NCBI GenBank assembly: GCA_964247055.1
Contig: OZ176052.1
Span: 1,922,001 to 1,986,000 of the forward strand
DNA length: 64,000 nt
Source: Paragordius varius
Lineage: Eukaryota; Animalia; Nematomorpha
Direction of reading: 5' to 3'
Below, one piece after another: positions 53,088 to 64,000 of the stretch (its first letter is position 1; every line of letters starts with the position of its first letter). The notes below the pieces were generated by a model that did not search any database, had not been told where the DNA came from, and saw nothing but the letters and a program-made list of their open reading frames with translations. The position numbers were made by a program, and so were the translations under genes.

Positions 53088-56000
53088 TTGAACAGCTGTA
53101 ACCACCATCTTTCTTTATTCGTTTATTTACTTTCCTCCAGATTCTCTGGTTGCCGGTTAGTAAGAGCACGGCGTAAAAAACGGTTGCTCCATAATTTTTT
53201 CAGTATATCGCTAATTCACTTTTCTTGCTTTTTGCTTGTTCTTATCATATCAATACATTATAACGAAACATAAGATGTGTTCGAATCCCACACTCCATAC
53301 TAAACATATCATTCGTCTGGCCACTTGGAATATAACATCTTTAACCAGAAGAAGACAGGAAATAGCAGCTTGCTCTTCTCCAAGAACATCGAAATAGCGT
53401 TTAAGAAACTCGCTGGAAGAACACTGGTTCCAAAAACATTCTAGATTATATATTCTGGTCTGGATCAAATGGCCGTTCATCATGTGTCGGAGTTTATGTC
53501 AAAAACTCCATTGTACCCAATATCATATCCATCGATTACTCTTCTGATAGATTATTAGTATTAAAAATTCAAATCAACAAAAAAGTCTATCATATTTTAT
53601 CCGTATACCCCCTACAAATCAATTGTGATTCAAACTGTAAGGATTTATTCTGGTTGGCTTTATATGAAAAAGTCTCTGCTATTCCACACACTTTCATATT
53701 TATTGGGGGTGACCTAAACTCTCACTTCGGTAAAGAATCGTTACATTCAGTACATGGAGGTTATGGACTGGATGATATAAATGAAAATGGTAAAATATTA
53801 TTAGATTTCGCAAGTAATAATAATTTATCCATCATTAATACTTTTTTTAAAAAAAATGCTAATAACTTGCTAACCTATATATCCGGCACAAATCGCTCGA
53901 TGATTGACATAATTATGTCAAGAAAAGAAAAATCCCATTTTAAAAATATTAGATCTATCCATGCTCTAGAACTACAGCACAAACTCATTATTGCTGAATT
54001 ATACAAATCTACATCAACGCAATCACCCATTGGACAAAATAAACCTAAATTTAGATATAAAAAATTAGTCGATAATAATATCAATAATAATAGATTGAAA
54101 TTCGACACGGAAAGTTCCCTTAAATTAAAAACAACCTCTCCGAACACCTCTGGACCTTAAAATATAGCTGCATTGTATCACTAGAGAAGAATGTTGGCAG
54201 AATGAAATTTAATAAAAAAGTATTTAAATGGTGGTGGCAATATCCTTGATAGATATAATTAAGAAAAAGAAATCTGTTCCAAAAATGGAAAAAAGAAAAA
54301 AGTGCTGACAGCAAATTAAATTACCTCCAAACAAAGAAAGATTGCCGTAAAGCGATCAGAGCATCGATGAGAAAAATGGGTGAAGAAAAAGGGAAAGAAA
54401 TAGAAAAAACCATATCCTCCCAATCTGCATATAGATGGGTAAAATATAAGGGCCGAAACAAATGCAATTAGATTACCCGATAATACTATAACCCACGACG
54501 CCCAAGTTATAAAAGCCACATGGTATAACCATTATTTTAATATTTTTAATAAACCTATAATACCTATGGAAATCTCGAACCCTCACCCAACATATTCTTC
54601 ATTTCAACCATTTACTAATGATGAAATAGAATTTTGTTTAAAGAATTTAAAAAGTAATAAATGCCCAGGTTTATCAGAAATCACAAATGATGTATTCAAA
54701 GCCCTAGATCATAATCTATTTTTGGACTATTTCAAAAATCTTGCGAACAACATAGCATTAAATAATATCATACCCTCCGATTGGCTGAATAACTATACAA
54801 TCCCAATTTATAAGGGCAAAGGAGATCGTTTCAACGTTTCCAACTTCCGTCCCATACGCATCTTAGAACATGGTTTTAAAATCTTTGAAAATCTGATTGC
54901 CAACAGAATCCGTCGACACTGCACCATAGATTCTATGCAATTTGGATTTTAAAAAACAAGGGTACTATAGATGCAATATTTATAATCCGCGAATTACAAA
55001 ATGCTTACCTGAGAAATCTTCCTCTCCACTATGCATTTGTAGACTTGGAACAGGCTTTCGACTCAGTCCCGCAACACCTGATTGCTTGGTCGCTCAGAAG
55101 GCAAGGTATAGAGAAAAATATGATACAAATAATAGAAGCATTATATAAGAACACCTCAACTGGTACAAGCGTTGGCGATACGAACCCCATCCCACTTAAA
55201 AACGGCCCACACCAAGGTTCTATATTGAGCCCCCTTTTATTTATCCTAATTATGGAGAGATCACAAAAGACATACGAAAAGGCTTACCTTTTGAACTTCT
55301 GTAGCTAATGACCTAATATTATGCGCCACATCTGCACCGGAATTAATGGAAAAGTTAAATTTATGGAAGAAAACCCTTAGTAAATTCGGTTTGAAGGTAA
55401 ATACATCTAAGACTAAACTAATGTGCGATGAAAACAGGACAATAAAATGGCCCTGCTCCGTGTGCTCATTATTAAAGTCAAACTCAATAAAGTGTAACAA
55501 ATGTTTAAAGTGGGTACATAAAAAATGCTCCAAAAGTTTATATGATAATAAAAACTTTATCTGCCCCCCGTGCAGTACAACCAATACATTAACCATAGAA
55601 TCCCCCGAATCCTCCACTTTATTCGAAATTGTCGACAAATTTACATACCTAGGCGATACTTTGGATGCTGGTGGTGGTATAGAATCGGCCTTATCGCATA
55701 GAATCAAAGCCGCCTGGAAAAAATATCATAGTCTGCGCACAATAGCAAATCATAAATACGTTTTACTCAGTTCAAAGGCAAAAATTTATGACGGCTATAC
55801 GTCCTGCTATACTATATGGTACGGAAACATGGCCTATGACTTAATCAAATCTACTATTACTGCAAAAGGGTGAGCAAAAGATCCTAAACGCCATTCTTTT
55901 CGCACATAACCCTAACATATACAATTCCAAGCCAAATTTTGCCCCTATCAAACTCTAAAAATTAAACCACTTAATACAGCTATCCGGGAATACCGTTTGC

Positions 56001-56190
56001 GTTGGGCTGGTCACATCCATAGAGCGCAAGACACAAACTGGATAAAGCTCATACAGTCTTATTCAACCAATAATAAAAACAAAAAAGGAAGACCTTATCT
56101 GGCAATCCACCATTCAAGAAGACCTGGATTCCCTTAGTTTCGATATCGAACAAGCTCACGATAGAAACAAATGGAAAAAAAGCGTATAAA
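53088..56190 (+). mobile_element. Decayed near-full-length RTE-clade non-LTR retrotransposon (APE endonuclease + RT)
   Basis: Endonuclease motifs IRLATWNI (about 53310), SDRLL and IGGDLNSHFG. RT motifs KCPGLSEIT, WLNNYTIPIYKGKGD, NFRPIRIL, AFDSVP and GPHQGSILSPLLF. The YADD site reads (Y)AND with a 1-nt loss at about 55300. Downstream are a Cys-rich finger (CSVC..CNKCLKWVHKKC..CPPC), FTYLG and RLRWAGHI. There are multiple frameshifts and stops. Absent from copy A at about 14470. No clear TSD. Confidence 0.93.
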
Positions 56191-57301
56191 GGTGATATCA
56201 TTTACACCTTTTTACCCTTGATCATTTTTAATTCACCCTAAATGGGCGTTAATTTGACTTAGTGTTGATGTGAAATTTTTCTTTATTATGTAGTTTATCA
56301 TTTTTCAAGGTTACGTCAATTATAACAAAACTTATTTTTCTTTGGAAAAAATATAGGTGTTTTTATTATTATAACATTTTGTTTTTAATTTGAAATCTTT
56401 ATGGGTCAATTTGAATTGTACAAGGAATTTAAAATGTTTAGGGGTGAATTCGAGGTATTATTGGTATATATAACCAAATAATAGTACAGTAATCAAAATT
56501 ATGCGGACAAAACGTTTAAAGACAATTTTTTTTAAAAGACAACCATATCTTTTTAACCATAATTTATCCCTTAAAATCATTTAATTACAATCATTGATTA
56601 AGTTACCAATTAACCTCTCTATTTTTAGTTTTGTAGTTTAAAAAATCATTAAAAGAATAAAGATTTAAAAGTGTGGGGTTGTTTTTGGAAAATAATATTA
56701 GTCTTTATAATTTTACGTTTTGTCCGTATAATTTCAATTTTTACTGTATATTATTGAATTGGAAATGGCTTTAAACCTAGCAAAGACACCAATCTAAAAA
56801 CAATTTTTGTTACAAAGTTTATGTAAATTGGACATTTTTACCTTGTGAACTTTTTTTAATTTTTGTTAAATTTTGATTTTTGCTAACGATTAAAATGATT
56901 TTATTTTTTCCCATAAAGCTTACAAAAAAATTTGTGACAAATGTCCCATTCCTTCTATTTCGATATGGTTTTAACAGAATTATTGTTCCATATCGATGAA
57001 GTTTATCTTTTATTTCTTATGATTAAAAAATAAGTTTTTACACAATATTTATGTCTAGAATGAGTCAGATTTTGACTATGGTTTGCGATAAGGGGTTTAT
57101 ACATAGTCTTTGCATGGCACCATTTAGCGTAATAGCAAAACTTTAAAAACTCAAAGAAAGTCAGTTTTTTTTATAAATTTATCGAATCAATTTGGTGACC
57201 AATTTAGAAATAGGATTGGATATAAAAAGCTACAGAAACTTGTATAAATTTTCTGCGAATTTTTTGGACTATTTAAATTATGGCCGGACTTTTTTAGTAT
57301 A

Positions 57302-57482
57302 CAGTATGCATTTTAATGGTTTTTGCTTATTTCACACTGTAGATGAGCAATTTCCTAGTGTATGGAAAAAACAACAAAATGTTGAATAACAATATTTTCC
57401 TGTCTTTTTTCCATACACTCACTCCTGTGTTGCAAATTGCCCAACTATAGTGTGAAATAAGCAACCATTAAAATGCATACTA
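57302..57482. mobile_element. MITE family 2
   Basis: Begins TA|CAGTATGCATTTTAATG, identical over 17 bp to the foldback terminus. Confidence 0.75.
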
Positions 57483-57859
57483 TATATATCTTTCTAAGTT
57501 TAACGTATTTCAAATTTCAAGGCGGCATCGAACCATGCGAAAATGTTTTAAAAACAGATGCCGTGCCAAGATAAATATAAAAATGGAACGTTTACCTACA
57601 TAAGTTTATATGTTTTTGCCTCAGAAAAAAGGCCGTTATATTATTTTAACATTTTTTTTACAATATATAATCTAAATTATTTTGATATATATTTACGAAA
57701 AAAGAGGATATTTTTTTAAGAGATATTATTATAACGATTTCATATGAAGGAAGAGAATATGCAATGCATTTAAAACAATAAATGGACTTTTGTCCTTCTA
57801 TCATATTTTAACGTTTTAGCTGAATAATTAATTTTATTGTAAAATATTCACACAACAAT

Positions 57860-58018
57860 TTATTGGTTGTTCAACAATGATGATGCGTTAAAAGAGTGTA
57901 GATTTTCCATGAGAAAGGTTGGAATGCTTGGACCAAAATAAATTTTAGTGCTTTTGGCCAATGCCTCATACAGTTTTAATTGAAGGTATTGCGATGAATA
58001 AAGGAGCTACATATATAG

Positions 58019-58068
<50 letters not shown>

Positions 58069-61000
58069 ATTTAAATTTAAATTCACCCTTGAACACAAAT
58101 TCACCCTCTTAAGGATTAAAATTCTATATTTTTAAAATAATATGTCTTAAATTAAAATAGTATTGAAATAATAATAAACTATGCCATAAAGATATATTAC
58201 ATATTAATAATGAGTTATATTAGTTCGAAAACACATAATTTATTTTTAGGGTGATTTTAAATTATTCAAGGGTGAATTTAAACTGTAAATGGTATATATA
58301 TATAAATAAAAAATTTGGATGTAAAAAGTTTTAAAAAAGTATATTATTAAAGTATATACTTACTTTATTTGATTCAGCATTTTTGAGGGCTTCATAGTAG
58401 GCCGAATCGGCTTGAGCCTTTTTACGAGCAAACGTGGCTTCATCTAAATAATTATTATCCAGAAAATTGGGTGTGCCTTATAAATTAAATTTACAAATTA
58501 ATCACATGGATAACTGTTTATAATTTTTCTGTCAAGCAAAAATATAGTTTCGCCTATGCACATAAATAGCAAACTGCTACAATAACAATAAAAATATACT
58601 ATTATTGCAATTATTATAATTCAGCTAAAATTGAATGAATTTATATTAGGGTAAATTTTCAATTACTACATACAAGTAATCTTTGTCAAACGTAAAAAAG
58701 TTAAATTAAACCAAAAAATTAAAGTATAAATTAAAAATATTTAATGAGAAATGAAACTAAATAATAACATGTGTAAAAAGTTATAAAGAAAAAAGTAGTT
58801 TGTAATGTTATTTATATTGTTAAAATCTTTCTTTATGTCTATATAATTTGGTTCTTTATTTTATATAAAAACTTTCCTTTAATATTTTTTTTGCTCTATT
58901 TTCTTCTTTAGTTTATTTTATGTTTGCATTTAAAGGCATAATATGCCAAAGCCGAAAGAATTGTTTTATTCTTGTTAACTGCCGTTTTGTTTATGGATTT
59001 TAACGAAATCTAATTTTACCTTTTAAAAGACGACCTATTAAAATTTTTTTAAACATATTGAATTTAAACGGGGCAATCACTAGTGACCACACATTTAAAC
59101 AGTTAGTATTTTATAATCAATACTAAAATATATATAAACTTATATTTTTTTTACTATACCTTCGATTTGAGACATTCGTTTTAGAGATTCTTTTTCCATA
59201 ACCCTTTGTTCTTGCGTTATTTTAGCTACTTGTGATATTTTTTCAGCTTCTAATACATGTAGGAAGTAAATTTATTAATATAAAACAGAGCCATACATGA
59301 AATCCGAATAAAAAGATAAAAATTTAAATGTGAAACTAAAAGTTTAACAACAGTTAGGAATCACGCATTTATAAATCAAGTCAAAGTAAAAGGCAATAAC
59401 GCGTATAAATGATTTTTATCAAATAAATAGTTAATTTATTTAATAAATATCTAATTTTTGGTTTCGATTTCTTTTCTTTATCCTAAATAAGATTATACAA
59501 TTATAACCGAAAATTATAATATTTATTAAATAAATTAACTATTTATTTTTTAAAAATCATTTTAACTTAATTTAAAAAAAGTTATTAATCAGAAAGATAA
59601 CACCAATAATAGCTTTCTTCCGATCAGTTTCGGCCTCCTTTTCCACAACTTTTTGTTTTTGCGTCGAAATCAATAATTTAGTTTTTTCACCTTCCCTTTT
59701 GAAAAAAAAAGTTTTATTAAACAGTTTCCAAATGATAACACATTATTAACGGAAAAAAAACGATAAAATTTTTACATCAATTCATAATTTTTACGAATAG
59801 TTTCGGGTATTTTGGGTTTTGTAACGCGAACTGAAGTTATCGTAAGACCCGGTGCCATAAGGTTTAAATCTTTTTGCAGAGCGTTCTTGAGGTCTTCATC
59901 AATTTTATCTTTCAAATAAATGTGAAATTATAAAAGTATTTTTTATAAAAAATCATATTTCATAAACAATTTTAAAATTTTTGTTCTGGAACTGTTTTTT
60001 AAAAAGTTAGTTAAAAATATCTAAACTTAACTTAAATTTATAATTTCAGACATCATTGTAAATAACCAACAAAACTTATATATAAACACTGTATTCTGTT
60101 CTTTAGTATGTGGAATATTAAGGCGTCAAATTTCGCATTGAGTCAAACAAATATAATTACATTTTACCTCTTTACTGCTCATATGACAAGGTAATTTAAA
60201 AGGCTCATTATATCATTTACATTGTGATTTTGTTTTGTTAAAGTTAATAGGGATATTTAACTATATTTATATTTGTTGATTTTTATGGAGTTTTGGTGAT
60301 TAAACTTAATCAAGACATTCACCAATTTTTACATCTTGGTCTTTTTATTGCACACATGACAAAAATTTGACAGTGCACCTACTATAAAAAAAATTGTTGG
60401 TTGGAATAAACACTAATACCTTTTTTGGAAGTTGTTTCAAAACACGGCAAAAAACTATTTATAAAACTGTTCAATCTGATGTTTAATATATTTAAATTTT
60501 TAATATATCGGTTTCTCATAAGGGATGCTGTTCATATGTATATACCCTGAAAAAAATGGATGTGAAACCCGAACCATTCCGAAAACAATGAATTAAGCAA
60601 AAAAAATTGGAACTTAATCTAATTAGTTCAAAGCCGTTTTTTAACATGTGAAATCGACAAGAAAAAGGTTTATAAGACGCGAGAAAATGTTTATTAGAAG
60701 AAACGATAACCAAAAAAATTACAATATTCAATCACCACGAATCGGCTAATAAATATTTATGTTCCGACCACCCTGTACATGCCATTTCCGACTTAGGATA
60801 TTATATAATAGCGATCCTCAAACTGCGGCCCTATCTTATTTTGAGTATAAGTATCTGAAATGTGACAACCAGTGCATTAAAATTTTATCAATATAGTCGT
60901 CCTTGAAAAAAAAATTTTTGGCCCTTTAAAATTTTTGGTAACTATAACTGATTATCTATTATAAATAACTTCTATGAATTTGGACGTAAGGTTGTAGAAA

Positions 61001-61856
61001 TTTAACATTTATATATTCCTAGCAAAAAATACCTCAAAACCACCTGATTGAAACAAATTTTTCAAAATAAGGCAAATGAACTTTATTTTGAAAATTTCAT
61101 AGAACTCTTATGACCTTGTAATTTAAAAACTGATTATTATATATGCATTTTATAAATGTTGAAGCCAAACCTTTTTTAAATATTATGTCTTATCCGAGCT
61201 CTATTTAACATTATATAAGATGGCATTCGTTAAATACCAGTTTTCCCCTGCTTTTAATATTAATCAGGGTTAAACAATATCTTCAATTAAGACAAGTGTG
61301 TAATATAATATTACCAAATAAATCGATGTACACTTCCTGTAATGTGTGTATGCTACAAAATTGATTTAGTTCATGATGGACTTTGTCAAAGATGAGAGTT
61401 TTGTCATAGTCGGCCGTATAATTTTTAACAATACCATGAACTATGTTTAAAAAAAATGAATAAATAAAATATAAAAATTATTTAAAAACAAATATTTATA
61501 CCACTGTTGGCATTTAACATATTGACGACTTCAATACGGTCAAAATATATCATAACACCCCCGCTTGTTCCACAAGGGACGTCTTTCACTTCATCTGTTT
61601 GTAGAGTCACTTGGACCGATTTATATGAAGTTAAAAAAGGAATCATGAGATGATAGCCTGGCCCATTCGTTGATGATAATAAAGCTCCGCCCTAGTTTAT
61701 TAATTAATTTTTACCCTGTAATATACGGCAATATGACCTAATTAATTAGATATATGAAAAAAATTGCATACCTTCTTCAATTTCGTGTATAGAATAAGAT
61801 ATTAAAAATACACTTAATGGAAGAAGAAAGACTAAATAATTCAAATACGAATCCAT
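57860..61856 (-). CDS. ERLIN: Erlin (ER lipid raft-associated SPFH-domain protein), 9 exons, 321 aa
   Basis: Exons 61856-61772, 61737-61715, 61691-61502, 61440-61315, 59908-59776, 59695-59604, 59249-59160, 58443-58364 and 58006-57860 sum to 966 nt in one frame. Erlin-1/2 motifs are present: [111 protein letters not shown]. Confidence 0.95.
58065..58294. mobile_element. MITE family 1 in the last erlin intron
   Basis: TACCATTTAAATTTAAATTCACCCTTGAAC...GGGTGAATTTAAACTGTAAATGGTA, preceded by a (TA)n tract of about 44 bp. Confidence 0.8.
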
Positions 61857-62599
61857 CCAAATCAAACTTTAAAAACCACGCTAAAAATGTAATCAGCGGT
61901 TATGTTGTATGTAAACAAAATAAGGTGTAAATTATATTGGAATTTACATATAAATATTGTATGGTTATTTTATTGTATTTAATTTTATTTTAGTATATAG
62001 TGAATATGGATATAATATCAAAATCAATTGCGATTTCGCGCATACGACTTTACCATAAATAAGCAATATATTCAAAAATGAACTACAGACATGTTAAATT
62101 GACAAAAATAAATTCAAGAATACAAAGTCATTAAATTAATTCATAAATCTGTAATACCTAATTTATTGATTATTTATACAGTGTCTACAAAAAAATATCC
62201 TGATTCTGATAAAATGTATCAGGATTATCATAATTCTTTCGGTTTTGGTCCTTATGAGTGATTAAAATAGTTATAAAAACTTTTGCGGCAAATGCTCAAT
62301 ATTAGAAAATTGCAAATTTGCCCATTTTTAAAAAAATTGGTGGAAGCCAAATGCCACATTTTAAAATATATGAATAAGAAATATAAAAACTAATTATGAA
62401 AACCAGACTAATATTTTATTACAACATTTTTTTTAATAATGGGTTTCGAAAGTCCTGCTATAAAATGGGCTTCTTTTTTTAATAAACTCAAAAATGCAGT
62501 TGTGGGATAAAAATAAATATATGCTAAATTTTGATATTATCTAAAAATATTTTTAAAAGCATACTTTTTTCAAAATTTAAATTTTAATCAATGAAGGGT

Positions 62600-63900
62600 A
62601 CTTCATATTATTGCATGGTGGAAACGGTAAAAAAAGCTTTTTATACCTAAAACCCTTTTTTTGATAATGTTAAACATTTCTAAGGCCTCAAAATTTAATT
62701 TAAAAATTACTTTGCTTTCTAATTTGTTTGAATTTCTATAAAACACGATTTATTAACATAAATTTGAAGGCGAACTAATTTTTCAATCAAGATACTAATG
62801 GAAATGTTCAGTATCATTGCCTTATATAGAAAAACTGTTTTTATAATAACATGCATTTTTATTCCGTTTAATGAAGTTTTGTTTAACAAAATTTTGGTGA
62901 AAATTAAATTTTCAATAAAATGTGTTAAAAATATTTAAAATTTTTATCGCGCGATCTCGCGGCATTTTTATGTAAGAGCCCTTGTTTTTTCCATTCTTTA
63001 CCAAATATATATACCCATTTAACGAGAGAAAATAAATTGATAAAATAAAGGATACATGACTGTATTGCAAAAGAACAGCCAATATTAGACAAGCGAATTT
63101 GACTCTTTCGGAGCTAACATCTAAAAATTAAATTTTTTTAATATTGTTTTTTCTTTTCTTATGTAGTTAATGATATATTTATTAAAATTTTTCGAATGCA
63201 TTAAGCATTTTAATAAAAAAACAACAAATTTTGTTATTTTCTGATAATGAAGCAGCTACCAAAAGTTTTTCTAAAATCACTTGTAAAAGCCATAACCAAA
63301 AGCACCATGATAAACCATACATTTTCCTATCAAAATATTATAATATTTTTCGTTAACACTGTGTGTTAAACATTAAGGATATTATATTCTAAATTTAAGT
63401 AAAGGAGGTTACTCCAAAGGAATCTATATTAAAAATAATACCTGATTTATGTAATCCAAAAAATTGATATATATAACAATTTTCTTAAGAATTTGTTTGA
63501 AAATTGGTCTATTACAGAAAAGGATTGAGAAGAGGACTCCTAATTTTACATTAAAAAACGTGTCAAAAAGTCATTAAATGCATTTTAGAAATCTACTTTG
63601 TATTGGAATGACTGCTCTACAGGAAATATGGAATAAACGGCGTCGTCGTATTTATCACCAAATTTATAATTTTACAAATTGCTGCTAAAGCTTCTTGAAG
63701 AACATTTCATATTGCATCAAGGTTAGTTGTTTTCCAATACCTACAATTTTTAACCAAACACTAATTGTTGTACTACTATTTTCGTCGAGTTCCCCATTCA
63801 CATTGTTAATACATGATCTATCTGGCAGGATAGGATCACAACTATAGGTCAATACATAAATCTTGGATATTTTATTCAATTTTAGCATAACTGACAAAAC
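62600..63900 (-). CDS. Partial, divergent adhesion/secretin-family (7tm_2) GPCR-like exons
   Basis: Exon 63120-63015 spliced to the exon starting at 62646 gives CLILAVLLQYSHVSFILSIYFLSLNGYKKLFLPF. This aligns without gaps to the adhesion-GPCR TM3-ICL2 pattern as I recall it (C...AV.L.Y, then Y..L...F). An upstream hydrophobic exon (ENVWFIMVLLVMAFT, about 63325-63280) could be TM2. I could not build a full model. Confidence 0.45.
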
Positions 63901-64000
63901 TTTTTACTTTTAATGATTTTTAAGGGCTATATTTATAAATATTGGAGAAAAGAAGATTTTTTTCATTCTGAAATTAATATTTACCTACCATATTCATTAC

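Larger units (their letters stand above)
40103..57788 (+). repeat. Segmental (tandem) duplication, copy B
   Basis: Same-orientation homolog of 1-16117. Length differences are largely explained by a B-only LINE (about 3.1 kb) and A-only elements at 3654-4188 and 9672-10722. Confidence 0.95.

Noticed and set aside
53275-53300. GTTCGAATCCCACACTCCA, resembling a tRNA T-arm and 3' end
   Set aside because: There is no A-box, D-arm or 5' acceptor strand upstream, and it lies at the start of the RTE ORF.
60795-60830. GCGATCCTCAAACTGCGGCCC, resembling a hAT terminus in erlin intron 4
   Set aside because: No matching right terminus or 8-bp duplication found; at most a fragment.
61817-61930. Plus-strand [14 protein letters not shown]... 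overlapping erlin exon 1
   Set aside because: It is short, largely antisense to a hydrophobic signal-anchor exon, and I could not splice it convincingly to downstream sequence.

Overview
Very AT-rich (roughly 20% GC by eye), intron-rich eukaryotic DNA, most likely from an animal. I see no prokaryotic features, CRISPR array, tRNA or rRNA. (1) The window is dominated by a tandem segmental duplication: 1-16117 recurs at about 40103-57788. It carries the 3' half of a very large, unidentified multi-exon + strand gene. Copy B appears to extend 5' to at least 27.2 kb, while copy A is cut by the window start. The coding indels I checked between the copies are all multiples of 3. (2) Between the copies is a 6-exon minus-strand orphan gene (18504-20827, 193 aa). 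It has two exon-duplicated RVxF (PP1-docking-like) modules and a C-terminal ETRV PDZ-type motif, and is followed by a 1.5-kb G-rich, C-depleted degenerate tandem array. (3) A complete erlin gene lies at 57860-61856 (minus strand), and its model needs 34-nt and 23-nt introns. (4) Adhesion-GPCR-like exons lie at the right end. (5) Transposon load is dense: a 3.8-kb foldback palindrome in an intron, a decayed near-full-length RTE LINE, Chapaev3-like elements, and hAT-like, TA-targeting and piggyBac-like MITEs. Several insertions are in only one duplicate, so their empty sites are visible. All gene models were spliced by hand from GT-AG sites and phase, not from RNA data.
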